Shown one piece after another: positions 47,101-54,808 of a stretch of 60,875 nucleotides of DNA. The position numbers and the translations under genes were made by a program. Source of the DNA: a virus (Duplodnaviria > Caudoviricetes); IMG/VR virus record IMGVR_UViG_3300043395_000730, positions 1-60,875 of that record; one strand, 5' to 3'. The notes under the pieces were generated by a model. It was given only the letters and a program-made list of their open reading frames with translations. It made no database searches and had not been told where the DNA came from. Within the stretch, counting starts at the first letter, position 1; the number at the start of each line of letters is the position of its first letter.

Positions 47101-49236
47101 AACTCATCTAAGTCAAACAGAGAAGCTGTTGACTGGTGGGTAGATCAATGGAAACAACACTATACAGATTTATATGATGTCAGTTTGTCTGTTTACAACA
47201 CTATGTTAAGTAGTGATATAAACTATACTCCAGATAAAATGAAGCTTATGTCTTCTAAGTCACAAGATGATGACATAACTAGCTCGGATAGCGGATTTGT
47301 ATCATCTCTTGGGTACACAGATACAAAAAAAGCTGGTGTGTTGATGGAAAATGTTAGAAAGAAACCAAAGAATAGATACGTTGATCTAAACTTTGATATG
47401 AATAACGCTAACTCATTAAGAAATGCACTTGTTGACATAAATACAGCTGCCGCTATTAGACAAGTAAAAGGCTTCATGGACTCTAATAACTTTGATAAAT
47501 TAGCTGGAGATGAGTCTTCATTGATAAAGTCAAGAGTGAACTCTTACGTGAAAAGAATGAAGGGTAAGAGGATGATACCTAGAAGTAGCGCTGATGACAT
47601 TATGAAGTATTTTAATGCAATAGCTAAGGCTGGTACCATTAGAGCTCTAGGTGGAGTTGGTTCTGCGATTAAGCAGTTCTCTCCTGTAATAAATACATTG
47701 CTAAATGCAGGTAGATTTACAAGTTTAACTCCTAACAGTAATGCTTGGATCGACAGACTTGGCATGCCTATATCTAACCGTGGTATAAAATCAGAAGCTA
47801 ATATTGATACTATAGACAAGAGGGTTAACGTTTTGGCTGATTCAGCTGTGGGTAAAGTTTATGATGGTGTGGGTAAGATAGGTGACATGTGGTTGAAGGC
47901 ATTAATACAATCGCCAGATGCTTATGTAGCAAGGTCTTCATTTATTACTTACTACTTAAAGAGTTTAAGGGACCAAGGTCTTAGCACTAAGATAGATTGG
48001 AACAACCACGAGGTAAATAAAAAGGCAGCTGAATACGCTCAAATGCAAGTTGACAGACAACAGAACGTGTCTGATCCTTTACTAACTGGAGAATTATTTG
48101 CAACTGAAGATGCTACTAAAAAAATGATCACGAAGCTTTTCATGCCATTTACATCATTTGTTTGGAACCAGAGAGCTAGGATGATAAATGATATGCAAAT
48201 ATTAGGATCTAAAGTATCATCAAAGGAAGATAAGATAATAGCTATGAGATCACTAGCTGCTCTTCCAGCAGAGATTGTAGTATTTAACTTATTAGGTGCA
48301 GCAATAAGAAAAACAATAGACGCTATAACAAATTACTTCTACGGAGAAGATGATGATGAAGAGGAAGAAGTATTGTTCTATGTGTTTGGAATGAAAGTCA
48401 CTGAAGATGATGTTAAGGAATTTAAGATGCCTATCAAAAACTTATTGGTGGATTTATTCTCACCTCTTCCTGGCCTAACAGATGAATTCTTAGTTACTGG
48501 ATTTAATAATCTATTTGAAATGTACCCACTAGTTGGTGACGATGAGATAGCAGAGTTGGTTAAGGCTGAAAATGATATGAGAATAGCCAATGGAGATAAA
48601 GTAATGACAGAAAAACAAGAGGCAGAATTTATTGAAGAGGAGAAGAAAAAGAGAACATTCCAACTGTATGAAAATATGGAATCTACTGGATGGGAAAGAT
48701 ATATACCTGGTGCTCCAGGAGTTGCATTAAAAACATATAGCGAATTAAAAGACGCTATAGACTTAGCAATGACTGGCAAATATGAAGATGAGTATCAAGG
48801 AAGAAAATCAACAAAATATATATCAGAGGAAGATAGGAAAAAAGTTGCTTACGGATTATTCTTCCAAATACCACAAGCTTTAGGATTGTTGCCTCGTGAG
48901 GCTGGTCAGATTCCAAATAAAGGTATACGTAACATTAAAAAGAGATCGTATACAGAGAATCAGAAAACAAAGATGGAAGAGGTTGAAAAATTGACTAATC
49001 GTCCTATCGGTAAAATTGAGAAAGTATTAATTAGTAAAAACTCAGATCCTAAGAAGATTGCTATGGAAATGAAAATGATAGATAAGCTTGGAGGATTTGA
49101 TGAAAAACAGGAAGCTGAGTACGCAAAGCTTAGAAGATCAATTAGTAAACCTAATATAAGATTTGCTCAAATGATTAAGGGAGGAATGACGGCAGAGGAT
49201 ATAATAAGAAGAATTGCCGAGATAAGAAAAAGATAA
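38128..49236 (+). CDS. Giant multidomain (polyvalent-type) putative ejected virion protein
   Basis: 3702-aa uninterrupted ORF; HEAIH zincin motif, HDFFGH motif, ART-like module. Confidence 0.75.
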   Translation: MNDKLQQLYNLYKSKGLINTTDFNTFASANSQQIQQLYNLGKKNGLFNTTDLNTFSSAFSPQQKWRQVTEKESAGRLNYRKDDFRTWDIVEETQKGMTKEERKKTGFDYTPEQIAAGKKAVAMEEAPVIEYSDLKLRRGKDGVFYKVEGNNWYEVAFPRDMSKNIINESVVSLEGSDLYKINDPKKVESLNIEFGEKVKLPNAGFDTDQKLIKSGIDTKIPSVLNKAVKPEDDPYDVFGGWDDNTRGLRFRKDDYSNVWLQIKPGVDSGWSVVTETMAKELNKRYGGKYGSVPKQAENLTDYQILNKTYGQEGGSGVLKRELLPDGEPTFGLPKSVENAGWFQTLYPQTMMGQVVNAQEARRRGMTSFDDKVHRFVSNNNIARLEEEEAVKMLTNEFGRYGFEFIESGVNDEMIVRTKDGLREVVINLDTDDLGENIRLQDFLIVNMDPSAYEAGDQKYAELINRDRRLIYSNNGSNSASLYKDLKELFNDEDYKIWAQNLPYGELEQEVNYRIGEYRSLMNKPGVNSSEVFKDMETFKKSPMYQQYQKNKKEAFELERMKMQSLYDEVRLDPGQNSRARQKVRMFLSDKYLDKAKTEYNAMLNDINQSAKFLKTRYDEYHNELQKLNTSNLTPEQIRVKKEQLDKMALQLDVDRSNLIRRQKAVTTEAKQLEYLTGKYVVDVAKEGGFIGGLMNSFSDGISKMIKTGDVVGRLQAETKGSQIADNMTEEEKRYYKTKGYSLEEIKIAEANKAWKESKEDLSNRMKSAIGDLATTKQYQQSEDRGIVSKALFGLAESLPAMATSFINPYVGFGSLSAQAYSSLEDEMLNDPDFETTSLTEMNLIALPYAMAMGALEKIGLSSAMSKNPLAKSLIMKSIQGAVKKTTGKGSAELLQNVLDKEIKSNMAKFGIRIVGGALTEAETGATQSLVLDIGYKSLINEIKKDDRLASELTGGEFFDTPDSFMDGLKMVIEDGIAEGIGGMVMSGFGSMSQKVINGNISLYDNEDVDFLKTVSTDNELRKMIVIKLKSDMLTGKITKSEAEKQLNALDKVGAIFNAMPDNLSVEDQVKSVNLMSEKQRLEKEIDGKDQSLVAAQKERITEIDNELQKISKDAFQKQATGEVPVQPEARVGEEVEGRKPETKLEEVTKKGQEGVVQTQVPRKKGWQNSVVKKEESTTPSGDKVTTYKAYAVNENGKETNMGTGILTTIGEIAPLVKGTEGELMFYDEDGNLKEDPNAELYITKTIEGTNQDGSYQQRVTVVAKGDLEFNGRIQADFTTNKNVVVGESSYKSNLTTKQQQEVTIDKPVIATNTTAELDRVKSVDMETEDGATFNIDGTKYEGGGLVVPIVSENTTVEEITPEMISDFVEKHSSKIGDQNTVKVGIYKFPNSNKVSIDLNIVAPESSRQQAIEFAKAADQESLFDLSTFENVKTGGTGVNPTQFTDEQFKEIAKALNEGRTPSFAAPTQQNLVTLENVEEVADKRTATAIKLVLNALPDVKIYIHKTNEEYSAAIGEEAEAGDRGAYDTQEGAIHINLAAGGNAQTVFHEAIHHALLKKGMDSGAILDLANGLNRIITDKKLKKRLSDFISQYETSDQAEEYLSELGAIMAEAEIELTTTKFNQFKALIARIFQKLGLPKSMVPFLNAMNSENAVDFINSLTKSLRTGENIMTDGFQSTINPTNKIKKQVEVKEGYKLSYVKQSDIIDIQSLISDIASNDQNVWFWVADQLGRGFVEDDVIDGKHYLDAGPSFALDPKNRERGIIWASGANPRTLQNNINKSDYIFIISGSPQKSKLFNKTVSNLVRSRIEKSVDFDTFKKSLIEANAPKDITSILEKYNSYDDLFNGPDRKAFLIAIGNQANKKATKSKQLLESYNAFVDYDSLRDDFYRENGFEMGDIMLVLKPTGVGEKSDHSTYENNILGEVVGVPDSIINSYDILPEETRNKYKEDISRVQQQQVVAPYGMGVSKVKKHKGEKITAPVAGNKLFNEPLKDAENIARSYMQSIGMEYVPVEKITKLDEDLSKRISDAYDQMENNPNDPKVKAAYEAMAKETLDQYDAIVKEGYNVEINNNEPYSNSEAMIKDLKDNKRMKIFSTESGFGDEPITEEQRSENLLLKDSGRKDVNGETLLINDVFRFVHDFFGHAKLGNSFGPVGEENAWRVHSEMYSPEARKAMTSETRGQNSWVNFSGVNDAAFKKRDKARELRKEGKTEEADRLVGEVYEEMKFADQKVGILPDFAIEEGTRFKKQKDNTGYRSGDLIKKAETKDKFEGSDRSTGHFGTGFYFFGTKNQADQYGERATSTIDLDGYNLAKGTIELHDLLKDINNNSIGKNKNIDKLKSRIENLLNYLGKSEVTKLSRDYSELEFKSYVQSEINQKNKIESIINEINNNNVDSPSTVVMKSLGFDGVDSRGTDLDNAQYGSVVYSIKQFKKQKPTSKQEAIQKAKDKYELSVEKRGNSHEQGVAAALGDLQKSNWFANADDTAREDAVREIKAFFGEKIKKAPSVAKILGKPKPETQTKTVDALRKEFFTAWNKASREAKADLNSKRKAIGAIIKSMVRSGKITTKQAAVITDRASSINLENPVIVQRFLDYVSKVFADANYQEKLSNAFSTRKAIRRLTKSNNQAEVIGMAKAFLNIDPSMVEDIDTYNEIAESIKNAMAPSVVRGEQVKFKQPANIADVNEYTMEELSKQEEIKKDQLLAEYDYLKDAGLISKDMTLNEIRKIIEDMKSTDTDINDDVKDFVERRLDMMLGIVESIIRTGVNPITGEPMEISDKNKDILKAIMKMDLKELDTRSLIYLSESVDNFLNNGITSGLEANVQSYVGAMKVKALVNAGVKSVGIKTKASKIASTEILSIPLLFEKLFRGTTIGTRIMSDMGLLDMVNGKNKAELIYNKILESYTKQDFYGKDFMTQQNIIERGMLAYLMRNVNGDNAQVKAELNRRIDAISESIKQLKEGNSDEQKLAEMYENAFSKLKVNSRDIDIIRANSSKSNREAVDWWVDQWKQHYTDLYDVSLSVYNTMLSSDINYTPDKMKLMSSKSQDDDITSSDSGFVSSLGYTDTKKAGVLMENVRKKPKNRYVDLNFDMNNANSLRNALVDINTAAAIRQVKGFMDSNNFDKLAGDESSLIKSRVNSYVKRMKGKRMIPRSSADDIMKYFNAIAKAGTIRALGGVGSAIKQFSPVINTLLNAGRFTSLTPNSNAWIDRLGMPISNRGIKSEANIDTIDKRVNVLADSAVGKVYDGVGKIGDMWLKALIQSPDAYVARSSFITYYLKSLRDQGLSTKIDWNNHEVNKKAAEYAQMQVDRQQNVSDPLLTGELFATEDATKKMITKLFMPFTSFVWNQRARMINDMQILGSKVSSKEDKIIAMRSLAALPAEIVVFNLLGAAIRKTIDAITNYFYGEDDDEEEEVLFYVFGMKVTEDDVKEFKMPIKNLLVDLFSPLPGLTDEFLVTGFNNLFEMYPLVGDDEIAELVKAENDMRIANGDKVMTEKQEAEFIEEEKKKRTFQLYENMESTGWERYIPGAPGVALKTYSELKDAIDLAMTGKYEDEYQGRKSTKYISEEDRKKVAYGLFFQIPQALGLLPREAGQIPNKGIRNIKKRSYTENQKTKMEEVEKLTNRPIGKIEKVLISKNSDPKKIAMEMKMIDKLGGFDEKQEAEYAKLRRSISKPNIRFAQMIKGGMTAEDIIRRIAEIRKR

Positions 49237-49308
49237 TTATTATTTTTTAAAATAATCAAGAGCTACTCCGTAACAATAGTTTAGCTTATCTAAATCTGAC
49301 TGAATAAG

Positions 49309-49352
49309 AAAAGGGTGGTATCGTAATTCGATATGCACCCTTACTCTTTTTT
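49309..49352. terminator. Probable bidirectional terminator between convergent operons
   Basis: AAGGGTG-G-TATCG(TAATT)CGATA-TG-CACCCTT flanked by A- and T-runs. Confidence 0.65.
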
Positions 49353-49403
49353 TCTCGTAGATATAATTCTCTACAACAGCTATCATTTCTTCAACTCTTA
49401 TCA

Positions 49404-50519
49404 TTAAAATAAATGTGTTAACCTAGCAACTTGGCCATATTTAGGATGATGTATAAATGCCTCTACTGCTTTCGGGGCGTGTTGATAAGCATTACGGTGG
49501 TGCCAAGAATCAGTGCCAGAAGGACTCCTTAAGGTTTCCACACATACAGACATGTAATCTTTAGCTGTTTTATGGTGAACATGATGACCATATATATACC
49601 TATGTTTACAATTAGCCCAATCTGTAGGTGCTTCATGAGCCATTAATAATGGCAAATCTTGTGCTTTAGCACCGTCCATATGTGTGGAACCTATTAAATT
49701 ATCCCCATACACTGTGTATTTGCGATGGGACATATCGTTGTTAAATGTAACCTGTTTGCATTTAGAGAACCATGCCTCAATGCACTGTAACAACATAAAA
49801 CCAGACATGTAGTCATGATTGCTTGGATTATAAACAACCTCAACGTCAGCAACAGACATAAGTCTTTCTATTATATCGATCAATAGTTTTTTAGCCATAA
49901 CGAAGTTATCGTACCACATACCGTCAGTATCTTGAAGTGTTCCGCTTGTAGTTGTCTTTTTTGGGTTGTCTACATGTAGAATGTCATTGCCAGCTATGAA
50001 TATTATTTTATCAATATTAAATGGCTTCGACTTAGATAGTATGCCCTCAAGTCCAGTCAACACTCTTTGAACTGCTATCTGGCTGTTGTAATCTTCTCCA
50101 GTTTCAAACTTTGAGCATATCTTGCCTATGTGTATGTCAGCTGGATCGAACACTAGGCAGTGAGGCTCAGATATTGAGTTGTTACGAGCGATCTTAGCGT
50201 ACTTTGGACTCCATGTCTTTATCTCGTTAACCAGATCAGATATAAACTCCTTAGGATCAAAATCTGACCCTCCATTTACGTTTATACTGTAGTGCTTACC
50301 CTTGTACCAATAGTGTTTAACTTTTGACTCATCTATCCCTACTCTTTCACACTCATCAATAAGCCCTCTGTTTTTAATGTGGTAAGATACAGCCTTTCTT
50401 AATGTTTCTAAATTATCAAAGGCATCTGGTTCTTCTTCAAAGATTATTTTAGCTATCTCTGTTCTGTTTTGAGTTACGTTGTCGTAAAGATCAAAAATTC
50501 TATTCCGATTGTATTTCAT
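49404..50519 (-). CDS. Calcineurin-like metallophosphoesterase with an N-terminal putative DNA-binding region
   Basis: DIHIG, GNDILHVD, SNHD, THMD, HVHH metal-binding motifs. Confidence 0.8.
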   Translation of the reverse strand: MKYNRNRIFDLYDNVTQNRTEIAKIIFEEEPDAFDNLETLRKAVSYHIKNRGLIDECERVGIDESKVKHYWYKGKHYSINVNGGSDFDPKEFISDLVNEIKTWSPKYAKIARNNSISEPHCLVFDPADIHIGKICSKFETGEDYNSQIAVQRVLTGLEGILSKSKPFNIDKIIFIAGNDILHVDNPKKTTTSGTLQDTDGMWYDNFVMAKKLLIDIIERLMSVADVEVVYNPSNHDYMSGFMLLQCIEAWFSKCKQVTFNNDMSHRKYTVYGDNLIGSTHMDGAKAQDLPLLMAHEAPTDWANCKHRYIYGHHVHHKTAKDYMSVCVETLRSPSGTDSWHHRNAYQHAPKAVEAFIHHPKYGQVARLTHLF

Positions 50520-50670
50520 GTGTTTTAAGAAGGTCTTTAAGTACTTTAATTAGATTTTCTATATTTGATTTCATTGACTTATAGTCAGCATCTGTAAGAT
50601 CTTCATATATGGAGTCAGTAAGATCGTTTATCTCTCTCATGACTCCGTTTATATAGTTAATGTGTTCCAT
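50500..50670 (-). CDS. Small ORF, 56 aa (MEHINYINGVMREINDLTDSIYE...)
   Basis: Translated by hand; follows the promoter at 50686-50679. Confidence 0.55.
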   Translation of the reverse strand: MEHINYINGVMREINDLTDSIYEDLTDADYKSMKSNIENLIKVLKDLLKTHEIQSE

Positions 50671-50678
50671 TGACGCAT

Positions 50679-50686
50679 CAAATATA
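50679..50686 (-). promoter_or_regulatory. TAnnTTTG promoter element
   Basis: TATATTTG on the - strand. Confidence 0.6.
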
Positions 50687-50715
50687 ATTCATTCTAATCA
50701 AAGAAATGTAAATTG

Positions 50716-50949
50716 TTAATAATTAATGTTTGACATATATTTAAGAACGTCCATACTGTAGGTCACTCTATATTTACTTGGGTCCTTTACCTTTAGATAT
50801 TTTTTAGTAAAATTTTCATCTAAGGGTTTTAGGTTTTCGTCAAGAGCTACTGGTATTTTTGTCTCTTCTTTTATTATGATACCCAGTCTACTTGTGTTAG
50901 ATAAGGGCACCGCCTTTATGATAACATTTACACAATAAACTCCTCTCAT
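50716..50949 (-). CDS. Hypothetical protein
   Basis: ATGA-coupled ORF. Confidence 0.6.
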   Translation of the reverse strand: MRGVYCVNVIIKAVPLSNTSRLGIIIKEETKIPVALDENLKPLDENFTKKYLKVKDPSKYRVTYSMDVLKYMSNINY

Positions 50950-51368
50950 CTCGATACCCCAACTATTGATTCTGGATTTTCTTCACAAGCGTCTAAATAA
51001 TTTTGTGTAAAATTTAAAAGACCTTCATATGATCCCCATCCGTTTTCTGGGTTGTACTTCTTGAACTTTTTTGGATTATCACGAAGTTTAGATAACCCTT
51101 CTTTTATATACGGTATGATATCTTTAGCTCGTATTTCTTGCTTATCTTCAAACTCGTGTTCCGCATTATGGTCTTCCTCTGGAATATTGTAACCATCAAT
51201 AAGCCTATGAGGTCTCCATAAAGCCTCATACAATCCAGCCTTATCAGCCATCTCATTTAAGTTGTGAGTTATGTTTGCGGAATATAATGTCTCATATTCT
51301 ATTTCATGAGTCTTGAACTCATCATAACTTACCCATTTTTTTCTTGTTAAATATACATCTAAGCTCAT
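50946..51368 (-). CDS. Hypothetical phage protein
   Basis: MSLDVYL...NITHNL...NPENGWGSY. Confidence 0.75.
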   Translation of the reverse strand: MSLDVYLTRKKWVSYDEFKTHEIEYETLYSANITHNLNEMADKAGLYEALWRPHRLIDGYNIPEEDHNAEHEFEDKQEIRAKDIIPYIKEGLSKLRDNPKKFKKYNPENGWGSYEGLLNFTQNYLDACEENPESIVGVSR

Positions 51369-51622
51369 CTATTAAATTTTAATCCCCACATTAAACCTAT
51401 CATTGACATTTGACGTTCTGCCAGTTTAGAATTCATTCTAAATTTTTTTCTTAAATACTTTTCGCCCCAAGATTTCCACTCATCATATTGAGCTTCAGTC
51501 ATGGTCCAATTTGTATACCAATCGTCCTTTCTGTCTTTTATGTCATCGTATGTTACGTCATGACCTGCTATTTTAAACATCTCATTGATCATGTCGATAA
51601 CCATTTGATCTTTTTTATCCAT
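51365..51622 (-). CDS. Hypothetical protein; distant paralog of 58489-58770
   Basis: DDWY...QYDEWKSW...LMWGLK versus ENWY...YVEFKEW...LSYGLK. Confidence 0.65.
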   Translation of the reverse strand: MDKKDQMVIDMINEMFKIAGHDVTYDDIKDRKDDWYTNWTMTEAQYDEWKSWGEKYLRKKFRMNSKLAERQMSMIGLMWGLKFNR

Positions 51623-52176
51623 TTTTCTCTAAGTATTAATTCGTAATAGTTTATTCTTTCACCTTGTCCGTTTTTATATGACGTCCATATCTGTGGAAAG
51701 TCTTTTATACATTCTTCAATTCTTTCTCTCTTTGACTTGGTCTTATCTGTGTAGTATTCATAATATATCCAAGATCCCCAGTAATGATATTGCTCACAAG
51801 CACTTACAGACACAACGATCTGCCATTTAAAAAAAACAAAAGACAGTCCTGGCGCATATTCAAAACGTATGTCAGTACTTCTCCATTTGGTTTTCCATCC
51901 AAGATTCCAGAAGTTAAATCCGAACTTCTTTGGAACAGCTACTCTTGATTTCAAGTTCCTTTGATATAAAGCTTCGTATGTAGGCTTGTACTTGCTTGGC
52001 GCCTTCCATTCATCAAGTTCTCTAACAGCCTCTTCATGGGCCATTTTCTTTGACATCTTTACCCACTTACGAGGGTAAAAATATGGAGTACCCATAGCAA
52101 TTTTACCACAATACCAATTCAACTTGAACGGCTTAAATGGAGACCATAAGGACTTTATAAATCTCAAGTCTATCAT
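51589..52176 (-). CDS. Aromatic-rich hypothetical protein
   Basis: 195 aa; GTPYFYPR, LGWKTKW. Confidence 0.7.
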   Translation of the reverse strand: MIDLRFIKSLWSPFKPFKLNWYCGKIAMGTPYFYPRKWVKMSKKMAHEEAVRELDEWKAPSKYKPTYEALYQRNLKSRVAVPKKFGFNFWNLGWKTKWRSTDIRFEYAPGLSFVFFKWQIVVSVSACEQYHYWGSWIYYEYYTDKTKSKRERIEECIKDFPQIWTSYKNGQGERINYYELILREKWIKKIKWLST

Positions 52177-52454
52177 AAGTTCCTAAGCCAATCGTTAAAC
52201 GCAACACCAAGATCATTGATCTGTTGATAGAATGCCATCAACTCTTTGTCGTCCTCTCCAGCGATCTGTCTGTATAGATTGTCGCTGTTTCTTTCGACCT
52301 CTTTGATGAAGTCATTACCAAACATCTTTACTCTCTTGCTATATACCTTCGGGTATATCTCCTTGATGTCCTCCATATAGTCCATCATTACTGGTAAAAT
52401 ACTTACCAAGGCTGCCATCTTTTTCTCGTTCGTGATAGATTTCTTTTTCTCCAT
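52173..52454 (-). CDS. Hypothetical protein
   Basis: 93-aa coupled ORF. Confidence 0.65.
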   Translation of the reverse strand: MEKKKSITNEKKMAALVSILPVMMDYMEDIKEIYPKVYSKRVKMFGNDFIKEVERNSDNLYRQIAGEDDKELMAFYQQINDLGVAFNDWLRNL

Positions 52455-52728
52455 AACTTAAATTTTCGTAATTATATTCTATTGTATTTAACATCTCTTC
52501 CTCTGACAGGAAGTCATCTGCTTTCTTGTAGCCAAACTCACCCTTCGTATCGTGAGATGGGCCTATTGCTCGAGTTACGTTGTGTATAAAAAAATGCCAT
52601 GATATGTTGTACTTGTTTGGCAGGTTTTCAATTAGTTCGCCATTTATTATGTCTCTCTTTATTTGGTGTCTAAGATCAATCAACCTCGATAAATCCTTCA
52701 CCGCTGTAATACGTCGCCTTAATGCCAT
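52339..52728 (-). CDS. Hypothetical protein
   Basis: 129 aa; long overlap with neighbours makes the ends uncertain. Confidence 0.45.
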   Translation of the reverse strand: MALRRRITAVKDLSRLIDLRHQIKRDIINGELIENLPNKYNISWHFFIHNVTRAIGPSHDTKGEFGYKKADDFLSEEEMLNTIEYNYENLSYGEKEIYHEREKDGSLGKYFTSNDGLYGGHQGDIPEGI

Positions 52729-52939
52729 GTGATTTTAGTTCTTTTATCCTATAAACTTGTAGAGGCCTAGGCTTATGTCCAGGCCTCTTTACCTCAACAA
52801 AGAAAGCACTACAGTCCTTTGGCAATGCCAATAGGTCTGGTATACCATTCTTATTTGTCATAATTAATTTTATGACATAATACCCCTCACTCTCAAGTTG
52901 CTTGATTAGTTTTGTTTGTATCTGCTGTTCTGTTGCCAA
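52676..52939 (-). CDS. VRR-NUC domain nuclease (Holliday junction resolvase-like)
   Basis: TEQQIQ...GIPDLL...FVEVKRPG.KPRPLQ. Confidence 0.85.
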   Translation of the reverse strand: MATEQQIQTKLIKQLESEGYYVIKLIMTNKNGIPDLLALPKDCSAFFVEVKRPGHKPRPLQVYRIKELKSHGIKATYYSGEGFIEVD

Positions 52940-53153
52940 ATGTCGTATAGTATTTGTTAAGATGCGGTGTTACCTTTTGAAGATCAGCAAACTTAATGAA
53001 TTTTAAATTACTATCCAAGACTTCAATTGAATTTATTATTATTTTTCCATCAATAAATTCATAGTCGCTTACATTTAACACTAGTTGTTCTGGCGTTTCA
53101 AGATCGAAAGTCTCTACCAACTTTGCGATCATTGGATCATTTAATATTTTCAT
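52893..53153 (-). CDS. Hypothetical protein
   Basis: 86-aa ORF. Confidence 0.55.
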   Translation of the reverse strand: MKILNDPMIAKLVETFDLETPEQLVLNVSDYEFIDGKIIINSIEVLDSNLKFIKFADLQKVTPHLNKYYTTFGNRTADTNKTNQAT

Positions 53154-53337
53154 TGTCTTATAAGGGAAAAATATATGTTGTTTTGTTCTTTTTATTACAA
53201 GTTATTCAGAAAAATCAATTTTTAATTGCTTCATGTTTTCAAGTAACATTCGCTCTAACTCTCGCTCTGCTTCAAGTTTAAATCTTTTTAACTTCTTCAT
53301 ATCCAGTTCGATATCCTTGATCAATTGGATTTGGGCT

Positions 53338-54588
53338 TTAATTTTTGTTTACATAGTCTTTCTTAAAAATGTTTACTGTAAACTTCTTTTTTGCTTTTAC
53401 TGTCTCATATATCTTGTCTTCTATACCTCCTTCAGAAAATATCCAATACACCTTATTGAATTTTCTTGACATTGTAGTCATGCGATCTCTGGCCTGCCAA
53501 TAACTTGTAGCGCTGAAGTCAATGTTATAAAACACAACATAGTCAGCATTTTTTAAGGATATACCCTCACGTCCAGACACTATTTGTAAGGCTATTACCT
53601 TAAAGTCTCCATTGTCAAAATCATTAAGTTCAGTGGTCAATTCATCGCCAAATACTTGTTTAAGTGCATTAAGCTCCTCTTTAAACTTATAGAATACTCC
53701 GATCTTTAATGTCGCAAATTGCGACTTTATAAACTCAGCTTTTGTGGTGTCAATAACCATACTGTTACCGCTCTCAAATTTCACGGTACCACTACATAAC
53801 TGATGTATTTTTTGCATAAGTTTTACTGGCGTGTCGGCCAATATGACTTCGTCCTTACCTTCAACAACTAGATCACGCTCTAATTTTTTTATTATGTTTT
53901 TTATGGTATCGCTCATCGCGATATGCAATATCTCTTCCTCTATCTCAGTAGAGAATCCAGCCTGCTTTTGTTGGAAGGTTATCATATACTCAGAAACGGC
54001 AGACATTATCTTCTGCTCTATACCCTTGTCGTACTCATTTATAAGTATGCCGTTTATATTCCGTTGATACTTATTGACATAGTCATCGGCCCATCTATAA
54101 AAATTAACGTAGTGTTTGAAAGGACTGTATGCACTCACCCAAAACTGATGATATATCTGACTGTATGACTCTGGGCTTGGTGTTCCAGATAGGAAGATCA
54201 TTGGCTTGAATGCAAACATCTGCTTATACATCTTTGTGTGTATCCCTGGCTTTGGAAATGCCCCAAACCTATGATGCTCATCGTGTATGATTAGATCGTA
54301 GTTATTATCCTCTAGCTTATGCATAGACTCGTCATTTATCACAGTAATATCAAAGTGTTCCGAGAAACCGAAATCTCTATAGTCGTTCTCTATTGACTTT
54401 ATAGCCTTCTTCTTTGTTAGGAATAAAACTCTTTTAGATCCGTATAACCTAGCTATCTCAAGTGATGTTGCTGTCTTGCCAGTCCTTACTTCCATAGCAA
54501 GATATACTATGTTTTTATTCGAGAGTATCTGATTCGCTCTCTGTGCTATCTCTGACTGATAGTCTCTTAAGTTCATTGTAGATTTCAT
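53338..54588 (-). CDS. SF2 (SNF2-like) helicase
   Basis: LRDYQ, RTGKT, IHDEHH, LSGTP, SGREGISL, QARDR. Confidence 0.88.
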   Translation of the reverse strand: MKSTMNLRDYQSEIAQRANQILSNKNIVYLAMEVRTGKTATSLEIARLYGSKRVLFLTKKKAIKSIENDYRDFGFSEHFDITVINDESMHKLEDNNYDLIIHDEHHRFGAFPKPGIHTKMYKQMFAFKPMIFLSGTPSPESYSQIYHQFWVSAYSPFKHYVNFYRWADDYVNKYQRNINGILINEYDKGIEQKIMSAVSEYMITFQQKQAGFSTEIEEEILHIAMSDTIKNIIKKLERDLVVEGKDEVILADTPVKLMQKIHQLCSGTVKFESGNSMVIDTTKAEFIKSQFATLKIGVFYKFKEELNALKQVFGDELTTELNDFDNGDFKVIALQIVSGREGISLKNADYVVFYNIDFSATSYWQARDRMTTMSRKFNKVYWIFSEGGIEDKIYETVKAKKKFTVNIFKKDYVNKN

Positions 54589-54805
54589 TTAATTCGTTTT
54601 GATGTTTAGAACGTAATAGCTCCTTGATAGAATAATATGGCCTATAGTTAAGTCTGTCTACGCTACCAGACAAGAAGTCATGCGTCATTGTATAGTCTTC
54701 GTACATCTCTGTAAGCTCTGCATGTCTCCTTGTGCTGTTAGCTGTAACGCTCAATAGCTTGCCTATTGCACCTATTTTTTCTTTAAGTTTTGCTATTGCG
54801 CTCAT
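54515..54805 (-). CDS. Hypothetical protein
   Basis: 96-aa ORF between primase and helicase. Confidence 0.5.
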   Translation of the reverse strand: MSAIAKLKEKIGAIGKLLSVTANSTRRHAELTEMYEDYTMTHDFLSGSVDRLNYRPYYSIKELLRSKHQNELNEIYNELKRLSVRDSTESESDTLE

Positions 54806-54808
54806 AAT

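Noticed and set aside
38128-49236. crAss-like virion RNA polymerase within the giant ORF
   Set aside because: I found no DxDxD catalytic motif in a polymerase-like context; the motifs seen fit peptidase and ART modules
9146-49236. Stop-codon reassignment
   Set aside because: Long genes are intact in the standard code, and TAA, TAG and TGA all end tightly packed genes
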